A stretch of DNA of 64,000 nucleotides from Squalus acanthias (Eukaryota). The notes beneath the pieces were generated by a model that saw nothing but the letters and a program-made list of their open reading frames with translations, was not told the DNA's origin and did not search any database. Below, piece by piece: positions 51,749 to 64,000 of this stretch. The position numbers and the translations under genes were made by a program. The stretch lies in the NCBI GenBank assembly GCA_030390025.1, contig CM059432.1:92506001-92570000 (forward strand). The letters run 5' to 3'. How positions within the stretch are numbered: the first letter of the stretch is position 1; each line of letters starts with the position of its first letter.

Positions 51749-54700
51749 TTATTTTTCTTCGTTCATGGGGTGTGGGCGTCGCTGGTAAGGCCAGCATTTA
51801 TTGCCGAACCCTAGTTGCCCTTGACAAGGTGGTGGTGAGCCGCCTTCTTGAACCGCTGCAGTCCGTGTGGTGAAGGTGCTCCCCACAGTGCTGTTAGGGA
51901 GGGAGTTCCAGGATTTTGACCCAGCGACGATGAAGGAACGGCGATATACTTCCAAGTCAAGATGGTGTGTGACTTGGAGGTGATGGTGTTCCCTTACCTG
52001 GATGGTGTTGAGCTTCTTGAGTGTTGTTGCAGCTGCACTCATCCAGGCAAATGGAGAGTATTCCATCATAATCCTGACTTGTGCCTTGTAGATGGTGGAA
52101 AGGCTTTGGGGAGTCAGAAGGTGAGAAGCTCGCCGCAGAATACCCAGCCTCTGACCTGCTCTTGTTGCCACAGTATTTATGTGGCTGGTCCAGTTAAGTT
52201 TCTGGTCAATGGTGACCCCCAGGATATTGATGGTGAGGGATTCAGTGATGGTAATGCTGTTGAATGTCAAGGGGCGGTGGTTGGACCCTCGCTTGTTGGA
52301 GATAGTCATTGCCTGGCACTTAAGTGGCAGGTAACATTCGCGCCACACATCAGCCCAAGCCTGAATGTCGTCCAGGTCTTGCTGCATGCAGGCATGGACT
52401 GCTTCATTATCTGAGGAGTTGCGAATGGCACTGAACACTGTGCAGTCATCAGCGAAGATCCACACTTCTGACCTTATGATGGAGGGAAGGTCATTGGTGA
52501 AGCAGCTGAAGATGGTTGGGCCTAGGACACTGCCCTGAGGAACTCCTGCAGCGATGTCCTGGGGTTGTAATGATTGACCTCCAACCACCATAACCATCTT
52601 CCTTTATACTATGTATGACTCCAGCCAGTGGCGAGTTTCCCCCCCGATTCCCATTGACTTCAGTTTTACTAGGGCTCCTTGATGCCACACTCGGTCAAAT
52701 GCTGCCTTGATGTCAAGGGCAGTCACTCTCACCTCACCTCTGGAATTCAGCTCCTTTGTTCACGTTTGGACCAAGGCTGTAATGAGGTCGGGAGCCGAGT
52801 GGTCTTGGCGGAACCCAAACTGGGCATTAGTGAGCAGGTTATTGGTAAGGGCCGCTTGATAGCACTGTCGATGACACCTTCCATCACTTTGCTGATGATT
52901 GAGAGTCGACTGATGGGGATTGGATTTGTCCTGCTTTTTGTGGAGAGGACATACCTGGGCAGTTTTCCACATTGTCGGATAGATGCCAGTGTTGTAGCTG
53001 TGCTGGAACAGCTTGGCTAGAGGCGCGGCTGGTTCTGGAGCACAAGTCTTCAGCACGATAGCCGGGATGTTGTCGGGGCCCATAGCCTTTGCTGTATCCA
53101 GTGCGCTCAGCCGTTTCTTGATATCACGTGGACTGAATTCAATTCGCTGAAGACTGGCTTCTGTGATGGTGGGGACCTCAGGAGGAGGCCAATATGGATC
53201 ATCCACTCGGCACTTCTGGCTGAAGATGGTTGCAAACGCTTCAGCCTTGTCTTTTGCACTCATGTGCTGGGCTCCACCATCATTGAGGATGGGGATATTC
53301 ATGGAGCCTCCTCCTCCCGTTAGTTGTTTAATGGTCCACCACCATTCACGACTGGATGTGGCAGGACTGCAGAGCTTTGATCTGATCCGTTGATTGTGCG
53401 ATCGCTTAGCCTTGTCTATAGCATGCTGCTTCCGCTTTTTAGCACGCATGTAGTCCTGTGTTGCAGCTTCCCCAGGTTGGCAACGCATATTTAGGTACGC
53501 CTGGTGCTGCTCCTGGCATGCTCTTCTACACTCCTTATTGAACCAGGGTTGGTCCCCTGGCTTGATGGTAATGGTAGAGTGAGGGATATGCCGGGCCATG
53601 AGGTTACGGATTGTGGTGGAATACAATTCTGCTGCTGCAGCTGATGGCGCACAGCGCCTCATGGATGCCCAGTTTTGAGCTGCTAGATCTGTTCTGAATC
53701 TATTCCATTTAGCACGGTGGTAGTGCCACACAACACGATGGAGGGTGTCCTCAGTGTGAAGACGGGACTTCGTCTCCAGAATGTCTGTGCGGTGGTCACT
53801 GTCATGGACAGATGCATCTGCGACAGGTAGATTGGTGAGGACGAGGTCAAGTAGGTTTTCCCTCGTGTTGGTTCTCTCACCACCTGTCGCAGGCCCAGTC
53901 TGGCAGCTATGTCCTTCAGGACTTGGCCAGCTTAGTCAGAAGTGGTGCTACCGAGCCACTCTTGGTGATGGACATTGAGGTCCCCCACCCAGAGTACATT
54001 CTGTGCCCTTGCAACTCTCAGTGCTTCTTCCAAGTGGTGTTCAACATGGAGGAGTACTGATTCATCAGCTGAGGGAGGGCGGTATGAGGTAATCAGTAGG
54101 AGGTTTCCTTGCCCATGCTTGACCTGAAGCCATGAGACTTCATGGGGTCCAGAGTCAATGTTGAGGACCCAGGGCCACTCCTTCCCGACTGTATACCACT
54201 GTGCCGTCACCCCTGGTGGGTCTTTCCTGCCGGTGGGACAGGACATACCCAGGGATGATGATGGAGGGGTCTGGGACATTGGCTGAAAGGTATGATTCTG
54301 TGAGTATGACTATGTCAGGCTGTTGCTTGACTAGTCTGTGGGACAGCTCTCCCAATTTTGGCACAAGTCCCCAGATGTTGGTGAGGAGGACTTTGCAGGG
54401 TCGACTGGGCTGGGTGTGCCGTTGTCGTGTCCATAGCCGGTGCCGAGGTCAATGCCGGGTGGTCCATCCGTTTTTTTTCTTATTATTGTGTTTCGTAGCA
54501 GTTTGTTACAACTGAGTGGCTTGCTAGGCCATTTCAGAGGGCAGTTAAGAGTCAACCACATTGCTGTGGGTCTGGAGTCACATGTAGGCCAGATCAGGTA
54601 AGGACGGCAGATTTCCTTCCCTGAAGGACATTAGTGAACCAGATGGGGTTTTATGACAATCCGATAGTTTCATGGTCACCATTACTGATACTAGCTTTTT

Positions 54701-54830
54701 ATTCCAGATTTATTTAATTAACTGAATTGAAATTCCCCAGCTGTCGTGGTGGGATTTGAACTCATGCCTCCGGATCATTAGTCCAGGCCTCTGGATTACT
54801 AGCCCAGTAACATAACCGCTAGCTTTACCA
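51749..54830 (-). mobile_element. Apparently full-length LINE (CR1/L2 supergroup) with a tRNA-derived 5' head and a single APE-RT ORF
   Basis: Head 54540-54830 with B-box GAGTTCAAATCC; EN motifs NIWGL, TES, YRPP, GDLN; RT motifs GPDNIP, QFGFR, GVPQGSVLGP, FADD; tail caataaatgctggcc...aaaaataaa; several frameshifts. Confidence 0.88.
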
Positions 54831-55877
54831 TCTGAGATATTGGCGAGGGAGGAGGAGAAATGGAGGGAAAAACACACCTAGGGTTTTCACTTGTGATTGC
54901 TATACAGTGACCCTGGCTGGAATAATGCCTGTGTGGATGTTGAGCAAGGACAGAATTAAGGACATTAAGGGATGGGAATAAACAGCAAGAAAAGTGAAAC
55001 AAAAGTTGAAGGCTTGGGCTTTTGAATTAATTTAGTCTTAGAAATATTGCTAAGTCCCTTCCAGCACAGAGCAAACATAAGAGTTTGGTACAAAAGGGAG
55101 AAAACAAGGTCAGTGCAAAGCAACCTCCTAATAAAATCAATAGTCTTACAAAATGACACGTAGTAAAACAGTAAACTCCAGAATATAAAGCAAACATATG
55201 AAAAACACATGAACCAAAAGGTTAGTAAAATGAACAGCTTCCCAGATGTAACTTACTATATCTGAGAGTTTCGGATGACTAGAATGCTGGTACAATGTGC
55301 TGATTTTCTTCAAGCAGAAACATTTTGTGGGCTGAATACTCCAAGGTTTTAAAACAAAATATGTTCCAGGTGATTCTCAAATTTGTTGCAACTTCAACCT
55401 TTAGTATACGGGATATCAGGCCACTAAATATTCCTCATATTTCACAAAGATGTTGCCACACATTTAAATAATTGGAATTTGGGTTTTTGAAAATTCAGTT
55501 GGAAAATTTTCAAAATATAAATCTTCTAAAGCTGCATCGCATGAATGTTTAACAAACTTCGAAAATGCTCAAAGTTTAAACATAACAATCTATACCACAC
55601 AATAATAGACTTACACAACTGCCTCAGCAGTACTGAACCAAGACACAAGGGAATACAGCATAGAATTTGATCCATCTCTATCTATTAACATTACCAACTT
55701 CTTTACCCAATTCATACTTGAACAGAATATGTCCTCTCACGGCACACACCATAATTCAATCATGAATTCAAACCATTTATGGGATTTAAATGATAGTTTT
55801 GAATCTTATTGATATGCATTAAAAAAAAAATAAGCAGAAAAAAGCAAGTCCAAAACAATTAATTTTTTTTACACAAT

Positions 55878-56553
55878 GGCCCGTAATTTCCAATAGGAGG
55901 CTTCCTGCGTGCAGATGCCTCCTATCGGGAAAAAATCTACGCCCTTACCCGAGGGCTCCGAGGTCCGGCCATTTCCGATCCTGGGTCTCTCCACGACAAA
56001 ATGCGCAAGGCCCACGTATCCCAGGGGCGCATGCGGTTCGCATGGGCCATGGGGAGCCAATGGGAGAAGGGAATCCCCCTTCATACTTTTGACAGATAGA
56101 CCTGTCAAAAGTATGAATGGGGATCACTGAAAAAAGACACTACAACATTAAATAAATTTTTAAAAACTATCATGTTTTTAAAATGAGTTAAAATTACATT
56201 AAATTAAATTAAAAAAAAAAAATAATTAAAGTTTTTTATGGGGCTAAAAATAAACTTACCTTTTTTAAAAAAGTATTTTAAAATTATAAATGAGTGAAAA
56301 TTAAAAAAAAAACTTTTAAAAACTCTTATGCTGGTAAAAGCAGGCCTTACACCTGCTTTTACCAGACGTAAGATTTTTAAAGGATTTCAGCGGAACATTC
56401 CACCCACGGAGGCCCTTTTCCAGGATTCTTGACAGATCGGATATGCCAGTTTTTAAGCGCATGCGCTTCGCATGCCTGAAATCGGCACTTCCGAGGTCCT
56501 TACGGGGGTGTACACAGCTCATACACACTCATAGGGATCGGAAATTATGGGCC
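55878..56553. mobile_element. Non-autonomous DNA transposon (MITE, Harbinger-type) with 3-bp TSD AAT
   Basis: TIRs ggcccgtaatttccaat / atcggaaattatgggcc; aat at 55875-55877 and 56554-56556. Confidence 0.8.
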
Positions 56554-58384
56554 AATATGTTTTCTGGAGGCTAAAGAAAAACGTTTGAGAGAGCATTGAA
56601 GCCACAATTAAATATAGAGCGACTGTGGATTGAAGTTAATGGAAAGGTGTATAATGTGCCGCCGTTTGGCTATTGCCCGTTTTGTAAACCCCCCCCCCCA
56701 CCACCGAAGTTGAATTTCACCACGATGTGCCCAGAATGGCCTAAACTGTTACTTATCCTTGTTGGTAGTTTTATACCACATCAGTCTATGTCTACTGATT
56801 TTCTTTCGTTTTCTATTTTCAAACAAATGGAAAAGACTTACTATAAATTGGATAAATGGCTCAGCACTGGAGGGTCTTAGGCTCATGGAATCTTGCATCA
56901 GTCAGTGCTCATCATAGTTCATGGTTCAATACAATGCATGAAACATGACAGGTGATCTGGAATTTATTACATCTATTCTGACGGTGCATTGGAACAATCA
57001 GCATCAAGAACTGCAACAAAAAGAGTGCAGACATTTTTGAAGCTGCTTTCTGGAATGGCCTTCCTGGCAAATAATCACATATTATTTTGGAAATTAACAT
57101 CAATTTATCCATATTTTCAGCATTTACTTTATGCTTTGTATGGTGGTTTTCAAAGTCCCGGCAAATAGTGACATAGTTTAGGGAGTCCCCTCTCCTAACT
57201 TCCAGAACATTGTCAGCCGCCCAAAGGAAAGTGATATTGCAGAAATTTTTTACTAGCATAGGTCAACAAAACAAAAAAAAACACAGCAACTGCTGAATTT
57301 GGGAACTTGCTGGGATTCTCTTGCAGTCCCTTTAAGATCCAGGGACTCCAGCCTGAAAACCCAAGGTCTTGCATATGTGGCCTCATGTCTCAAAATGAAA
57401 CAGCTAGTACAACCCACTAGATTCTGCCCACACAAATATTGTAGCAGCAAAAGAAAACCCATCTCATTAATTTCCACATGAATGTTAGCTATAATGTTGA
57501 TGTAGAAATTAACACTGACGTGCAACGTCATTTTTGTTCTTACTATTTATTACAAAATGCCATCCCCTGTTCATAAGAAATGATCTTGTTTAGGTTGAAC
57601 TATACTGAAAGAGTACTCTTCCCCCACACAAGCTACTGTTGGAATACATACTGAAATAAGCAGAATGGCTGTTAAAAGATTAAAAAATAAATTCATCTTT
57701 GTCATACAATTTCAAGTTTAAATTTCATCTGGCAATTAGTAAGGCTCACAAATACAATTTTTGGGAGCCGTTCTTTGACATGTTTCTTTGTTGCCGCTTA
57801 TTCAGACAGTCAGAACATATAGTAAAGTAGCAACCCCAGCCCAGCTACTCCTGTTAGCTAAAATTGAGGCAGGGAAAATTAGATGCCAGCAAGTCTAGTA
57901 ATCACTCAACATTTAACCTCAAGATTTTTTTTCAGAAATAGCCATTGAAAGCATCCTTATTGAAATGGCTGTTTACTGCAAATGTCAAAAATCAGAATTG
58001 GTTATATTACATTCAGGAGCCTCATTGCCACATATTGGTGTTTTTGATGTGATCTGAAAAGTTTTGGACTATCTGGGGTACAAGAAACATGATATAGTCT
58101 TGTCTAACGATGCATGAAGGAAGGCTGGTTTTATTTTAAATACTTTGATCTTTTAAAAAAAATGAAAACTCTACCGTCTTCAAGGGCATTGTGAGCCATC
58201 TAATACTTGGTCAAAGTGACCACGTGTGAACCTACACAGTGAAACTTCATGGGAACTCCCTGCCTCCACCTTCAAATCTGTACAAGTCCATCACCTGTGG
58301 CAGTGCACATGGGGAGTCAAGACCAAGGGCAGTATACAGTTCACAAGCAAGGTTAGAGGGTGGGCTAATAACTAGATCAGAATG

Positions 58385-58470
58385 GGCAGAGGGCAGGGAG
58401 GGAGGGGGGGGGGGGGGCGGGGGAGCAGGAGCAGGCGAGGGGGAGAGGGAGAGGGAGAGGGAGCGAGGGT
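58385..58470 (+). repeat. G-rich low-complexity tract with (GAGAGG)n
   Basis: Direct reading. Confidence 0.7.
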
Positions 58471-60349
58471 TAGAGTTTTATTTCCTCAAATACCAAAGTG
58501 TTCTGTCCAACTGAGACTCAAATACAAAAAGTAGCAGTCTCATCAAGTGCATGAACATATCACTGAAGTTTGAGCCACAGAGTGATGGACATTAAGTAGT
58601 AAAAAGGCAAGTTGTAAAGGAAAATAAGTAACTTTTTGAACATTTAAATGAAAAGATGTGGGCTCATTACTACATTTTGCTTCTTCATTGAACTAACTCA
58701 AGGTCTAAATGGCTTAAAAGTTCAGCTTAATGTCACACAGAACTGATGCACAGTCTGGAAGTTATGCATCCCACTTTGAGGCTTTGAAGTAATCCTTTTC
58801 TTCTCTGTTCTAAACCCTACGACAGCCTGGCAACCAACATGAAGAAACCAGTGATGGATAAAGCTTCCCAAATAGGTTCATGTGTTAGTTGCAACTGTCA
58901 AGGGCTAATTTTAATGCAGTTCAGCTATTCTCATCCTGCTTTTAAGAACAAAAAATGATATCTGTTCAAAAGAAAGCTGTTTAGTTATAGTGGAACCAGA
59001 TGAAAAATTGGAACATGATTAAAACATTTTTCTTGTGGTTCCATTACCATCAATAAAATTATACAAGTTGCTCTTCCATGGACTGGTTCATGGGCAAAAT
59101 TTTTTTAAAAGTCTCTCTTAATGTCTTCCTACTTGTCCTTCATTTTCTAAAGCTTTGCTTCCTCTGCTTTAGTTACATCCGTCCATAGTTTCTCTGCGTT
59201 AAATCTTCCTATGTTTTATCTTCTTGCTGTTTGTATGTGTAACCTACTCTTTTTCTTGCCCTTTCTTCACTTTTAAATCTTTACTTTCGTCTGTCTCCTC
59301 TCTCTTCCTACAGTACAACAGTGACTACACTGCAAAAGTACTTCATTGGCGTTGGCTTGTCTTGAAGTCGTGAAAGGCACTTTATAAATGCAAGTCTTGA
59401 TTTAGGTTTGCCATTCCCGCTGTGTGTCTTTGACATGTTCATTAAAGCCCAGGGAATGTAGCAAGATGACTGCCATCATGCACAGATTATTAAATAGCCC
59501 TTTTCCAGTTCAGAGTTGAAATCTGCTCATCACGAATTTGGAAAAAGTGAGCCTCAAGTGGAGGACAGCAAGAGAAAAGTATGGAGACAAGAGCTGGCCA
59601 GTCTAGAGTAAGGACAAGACAGGACCTGGGGCCAAAAGCAAGGCTTGAAGCTGGGGAGTGGTGGCAGTGGGCACTGGGCTGGGCAGAGGTTCAGTGAAGA
59701 AGGAATAGAGAACTACCATGGCTGTTATATGCCATAGAATTTGTTTTGGTAGAATACAATCACAAAAACAACCAAGCAGAAATGGCACTAGACTAGGCAT
59801 GATTGCAGGAATGGGAAGGTAAGTGTAAGGTAGAGAGCACTAGGGAGATCACTGGGCTGTGGGAACATTGGGAGGGTGAAGTGAGGGCTTAAGGTGTGGG
59901 TGCACTGGATGGCAGTGGTAGATGGTGGATGCATTGGGAAATTGTCTTGCTGAGAGTGGGAGTACTGGGAGGTGCATGCAGGGGGTGGGGACAGTAGGAA
60001 GGAGTTGTAGGGGGTCACTGACAAAAGCATAGTCATAGGGGTGTGTATGCACTGGAAATAGGGAGAAAAGTATGGGTGTCCAGCATGGGGGCAGGGACCA
60101 TCAAAAGGGAGGGGGCAGTACAGTGCTCAGGATGGGGGCAGACTTTGTGAATGGCAATGGGAGGGAGGGGTGGCAAATGGGAGGGGAAGGTCAGGGTCCT
60201 CAGGCAGATGGGAGGGAAGGATGGAGGAGAATTAACTCCAAAAGGGCTTTCCAAGGACTATTTTATTTAAAATAGTTACTGCTCAGTATGTGTTTTAAAT
60301 ATTAGAGGTAAACATTAATCTCTGAGCTTTAAACCCCACATCCTATGAA

Positions 60350-61035
60350 TTACCAAGACGGTCTATTTTCACCTGCACAACATTGCCCGGCCATGCTCTG
60401 ACCTCAGCCCTTCCAGCACTGAAACCTTTAGCCATGCTTTTGTCATCCCTAGACTTGATTATTTCATTGCCCTCCTTTCACATCCTCCAAAAACTCAAAC
60501 TTATCCAAACGCAGCCTGTCCAACACAAAGTCCCACTTACCCCTCCCAGTCTTTGCTGACTTACACTGGTTCCTTGACCTCAATGTACCGGAAGTTAAAC
60601 TCCTCATACTGATCTTAAAATACCTTCACTCCTTTGTCCCAGCCTACATCTGCAAAAATCTTCCAACCTTGTATTCCAGCCACGCCCCCACTAGGTACTT
60701 GGGAACATTTTTTGCATCCCTCTTCCTTTGTCCAACCAATGGTGGCACAGTTTTCAATTGCCTTGGCACCACCCTCTGGCACGCCCTCAGTAAACCCCTG
60801 CACCTCTCTCTCCCCTTTTAAACATCTTCTCAAAACCCATCTTTTTGACCTGACTAGGCTTTTGGTCATCTCCACTCCACTCTCCCCATCCCCCCCTCCG
60901 AAATCTCCATGAGTTGGCAGTATTACATAGTATTTACAGCACAGAAACACGCCATTCGGCCCTAGTTTGATTGTGCGGAGTAACCATGGGATGTTTTGAT
61001 GTTGAAGGCGCTATATAAATGCAATTCTTGTTGGA
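60350..61035 (+). mobile_element. Old L2 3' fragment
   Basis: HAFVIPRLDY-like segment, LADLHW, tail ggcgctatataaatgcaattcttgttg. Confidence 0.7.
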
Positions 61036-61239
61036 ATAAAAAAATCAGTTCAGGATGTAACAACAATACATCTTGTGACTTGAACTGGATATTCGTGTCA
61101 CTTGCACGTTTACTTCTACAATCTCTCCAAAGGTGGACCGAGCAAACACTTGGTGAGGTAGGCTTAAAACCAATTGTTAAGTTGCTTTATTTCACAGCAT
61201 GTGAACATACGCAGCAACAGTTATGATTGGATTCACTTA

Positions 61240-61612
61240 GAATCATAGAATGGTTACAGCATGGAAGAAGGTCATTCGACCCGTTGAGCCTGTGCCGACT
61301 CTCAACTAGTCCCACCCCCCTGCCCTTTCCCCGTAGCCCTGCAAATTATTTTCCTTCAGGTACTTATCCAACTCCTTTTTGAAAGTCAAGATTGAGTCTG
61401 CCTCCACCACCACCCTTTCAGGCAGTGCATTCCAGATCTTAACCACTTGCTGCGTAAAAAGGTTTTTTCTTACATCGCCTTTGGTTCTTTTGCCAATCAC
61501 CTTAAATCGGTGTCCTCTGGTTCTCCACCCTTCTGCCAATGGGAACAGTTTCTCTCTATCTACTCTGTCCATACCCCTCATGATTTTGAGCACCTCTATC
61601 AAATCTCCACTT
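61240..61612 (-). mobile_element. CR1 LINE 3' end
   Basis: GDLIEVLKIMRGMDRVDREKLFP...TRGHRFKV...WNALPERVV. Confidence 0.88.
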
Positions 61613-62835
61613 CGTTCAATCAACATGATTTGACTTCAGATAATAATACAAAATAATTAGGATACTATGCTTCCCATCAGTGAATCATCTTATTTGACTT
61701 AAAACAGAAGTAATTTGTCTGCATTCAGCCATTTAGTCCAGGGCAGAACATCCTCTCCCTGTGATCTCCTGTCTTTTTTTCCCTCTCAGCCTAACTCGAG
61801 TGTCAGCTTTCAGTCAAACTACCGAGCCACATCCAAAAATAGAATCCACCAGCCTAACGTGGCAATGGCCCCTGCTGAATTCAAATTAATAGAGTTGTCG
61901 CAGCAGCAAGAGTCTGAAGATCACAAACATAAAACTACCTTCCATTGTCGACACCATGCTGGTCCAGATGCCCAATCTGAAATCTAATTTATACCTGCTA
62001 GTGTTTCTGTCCCATGAACTTAAATCAGAGAGCCTCGTTTCCCTCAATAGTAGCAGTTTTAATATATATTGCACAAAGCACCGCCCCCCCCCCCCCCCCC
62101 CCCCCCATGATGGCATAGTCAGAAATGATGAAATGTAACATGCTCATGTTCAAAATGCACAATGTGGTTGGAAACTTAACCAACTCTTGTTAGAAAAAAT
62201 ATCCAGTCAAAGCCCAGGCTTTTTTTATTTTGTTTAAAACCTTTTTAGAAATTCCCTACTGAGGAAAAAGGTAGCTGACACTTTTTTTTCCCAAAAGAGC
62301 ATTTTGAGTGATTCATGTTGTTCGTCAACCAAGTGCGACTTTTCCATTATAACATGCTGGCACATGGTTTTTTCATTATAAATGTTGGCATAAAAAGTGT
62401 GACGAAGAAATAATGACACAGGAAGTAAGGTTAATGTGGACAGGAAGTGAGTGCCATACTAAAAGCCTTGCACTACAGGAACTGTGCACAGATGCAACAT
62501 GTACTTCCTGTAACAGTTTACTGTTTTTTTTTCCTGTCAGTCACACTTGTTATATAACCTACTGCTCTTAATTCAAAGTTGCTCAATTTGAATTCTGTGG
62601 TAGTTCAAATATTTTACTACTAAATTTCTACTTTTTGTGTTATCTACATTGCTTAATGCAAATTATTGGATAATTCAGATTTTTTTTACGCACAAATAAT
62701 GACTTTGTATAATCCAAAATAGATGGTATTACTGAATAATGGATATTCAAGAACAAATTTATCTGAACTCATTATAGTGTACACACAAAGGTTAGATGCT
62801 GCGCTTTATACATGAAGAGTAAAATAAACTAAGTG

Positions 62836-63163
62836 TCAACCGTGGCTCAGTGTGTAGCACTCTCGCATCTGAGTCAGAAGGTTGTGGGTTCAAGTCTCAC
62901 TCCAGAGACTTGAGCACAGAAACCTACACTGACACTCCAGTGCAGTGCTGAGGGAGTGCTGCACTGTCAGAGGTACCGTCTTTCAGATGAGACGTTAAAC
63001 CGAGGCCCCGTCTGCCCTCTCAGGTGGATGTAAAAGATCCCATGGCACTATTTCGAAGAGTAGGGGAGTTCTCCCTGGTGTCCTGGCCAATATTTATGTC
63101 CCAATCAACATCACCAGAACAGATTATCTGGTCATTATCACATTGCTGTTTGTGGGAGCTTGC
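62836..63163 (+). mobile_element. SacSINE1-like DeuSINE, 3'-truncated
   Basis: Matches 12282-12590. Confidence 0.85.
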
Positions 63164-63754
63164 TTCCAACTATCAGTTCATACTAAGTTGCTCACAGAAC
63201 AATCTCCCTGCAGCAGCATTTATTTATGATATGCAGCGCACTGAAACAACCCGACTAGCTGGGATAAAGCAGTTTCACTGGCGTTACAGATCAATGATAG
63301 GCTCTTCCAACACAGGGGAAGCATTCCAGGAATAACTAAATGGCAATTACTCCTGGAAGCATCTCTTATGGAAGAAGCATGCTGCTAATCCTCACTATGT
63401 AGCACCTCTAAAATGTACAAATAGCAACTGCCATTGGAAAAATCCTCCTTAATTAACTAGGTGTTTTTCAAATTTTTGAATAGCTGTGCTAAATTCTGCA
63501 ATTCAAGCCAGATAAAACCCAAGGCTGGCAGCAAGTTTTGTACGTGTTCTTTAGACACTGAGTGGCAAAAATCATTACCAGACTATGTGGGTAAACCCAT
63601 TTTATGTTGGCCCATTAGAGTTATATTTCTTGCATGTCCAGCACTCATCAAAACAAAAGTCTCTCCTGCAACTCAGCCCTTTTTGTTTTTATTTTATCTT
63701 CTACACTGTCTTCACCTCTATTAACTTCTAGTCATTCTTCAGTTGCAGGATTGT

Positions 63755-63940
63755 ATCTCATTACCAATGCTATTCTGTGATTTAGTGGACAAGAGGCACA
63801 CATGCTGAAGACGTTGATCAAATGTCAGTCCTATCCCTGGGATGGGTGTGCCCAAGACATTCCCATCAAATAGCCCTGCTGAGAACTGACAAAACCCCTC
63901 AGACATCAGACACATCAACTCAAGTGTCTGCCACCACCCA
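63755..63940 (-). mobile_element. Ancient SINE fragment (MER131-like family)
   Basis: Degenerate reverse-complement similarity to family copies. Confidence 0.35.
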
Positions 63941-64000
63941 CTCAGGACAGTGCTGTGAAGCTTGCACCTTAACCTTTACACCACAGGGTCTTTTCAACCA

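Noticed and set aside
1..64000. CRISPR arrays, prokaryotic systems, or additional host genes among the short ORFs
   Set aside because: No repeat-spacer arrays; the sequence is vertebrate, and the remaining ORFs are repeat-derived or lack recognisable homology.

Overview
Repeat-rich vertebrate DNA, almost certainly from a cartilaginous fish (shark), judged from HE1/V-SINE, SacSINE1-type DeuSINEs, CR1/L2/RTE LINEs and Penelope remnants. The only host coding sequence I recognise is the last exon of MRPS28 (minus, 38553-38706). Sequence above it is its long last intron. Sequence below it is flanking DNA that, if human 8q21 synteny holds, runs toward HEY1. Main highlight: a ~3.1 kb LINE (51749-54830, minus) with a tRNA-derived head fused directly to an endonuclease-RT ORF. 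It has no ORF1 and, by my manual scan, no TTTT on its sense strand, which suggests a Pol III-transcribed protein-coding LINE. Short head+tail SINEs in the window look like its deletion derivatives. Other highlights are a complete, young CsRn1-clade Gypsy element (24635-28930), tiny Penelope fold-backs (one with a minimal hammerhead ribozyme), hairpin-rich Harbinger-type MITEs, and RBPJ/ETS motif clusters. Repeat boundaries are approximate and family names come from recognition, not database searches.
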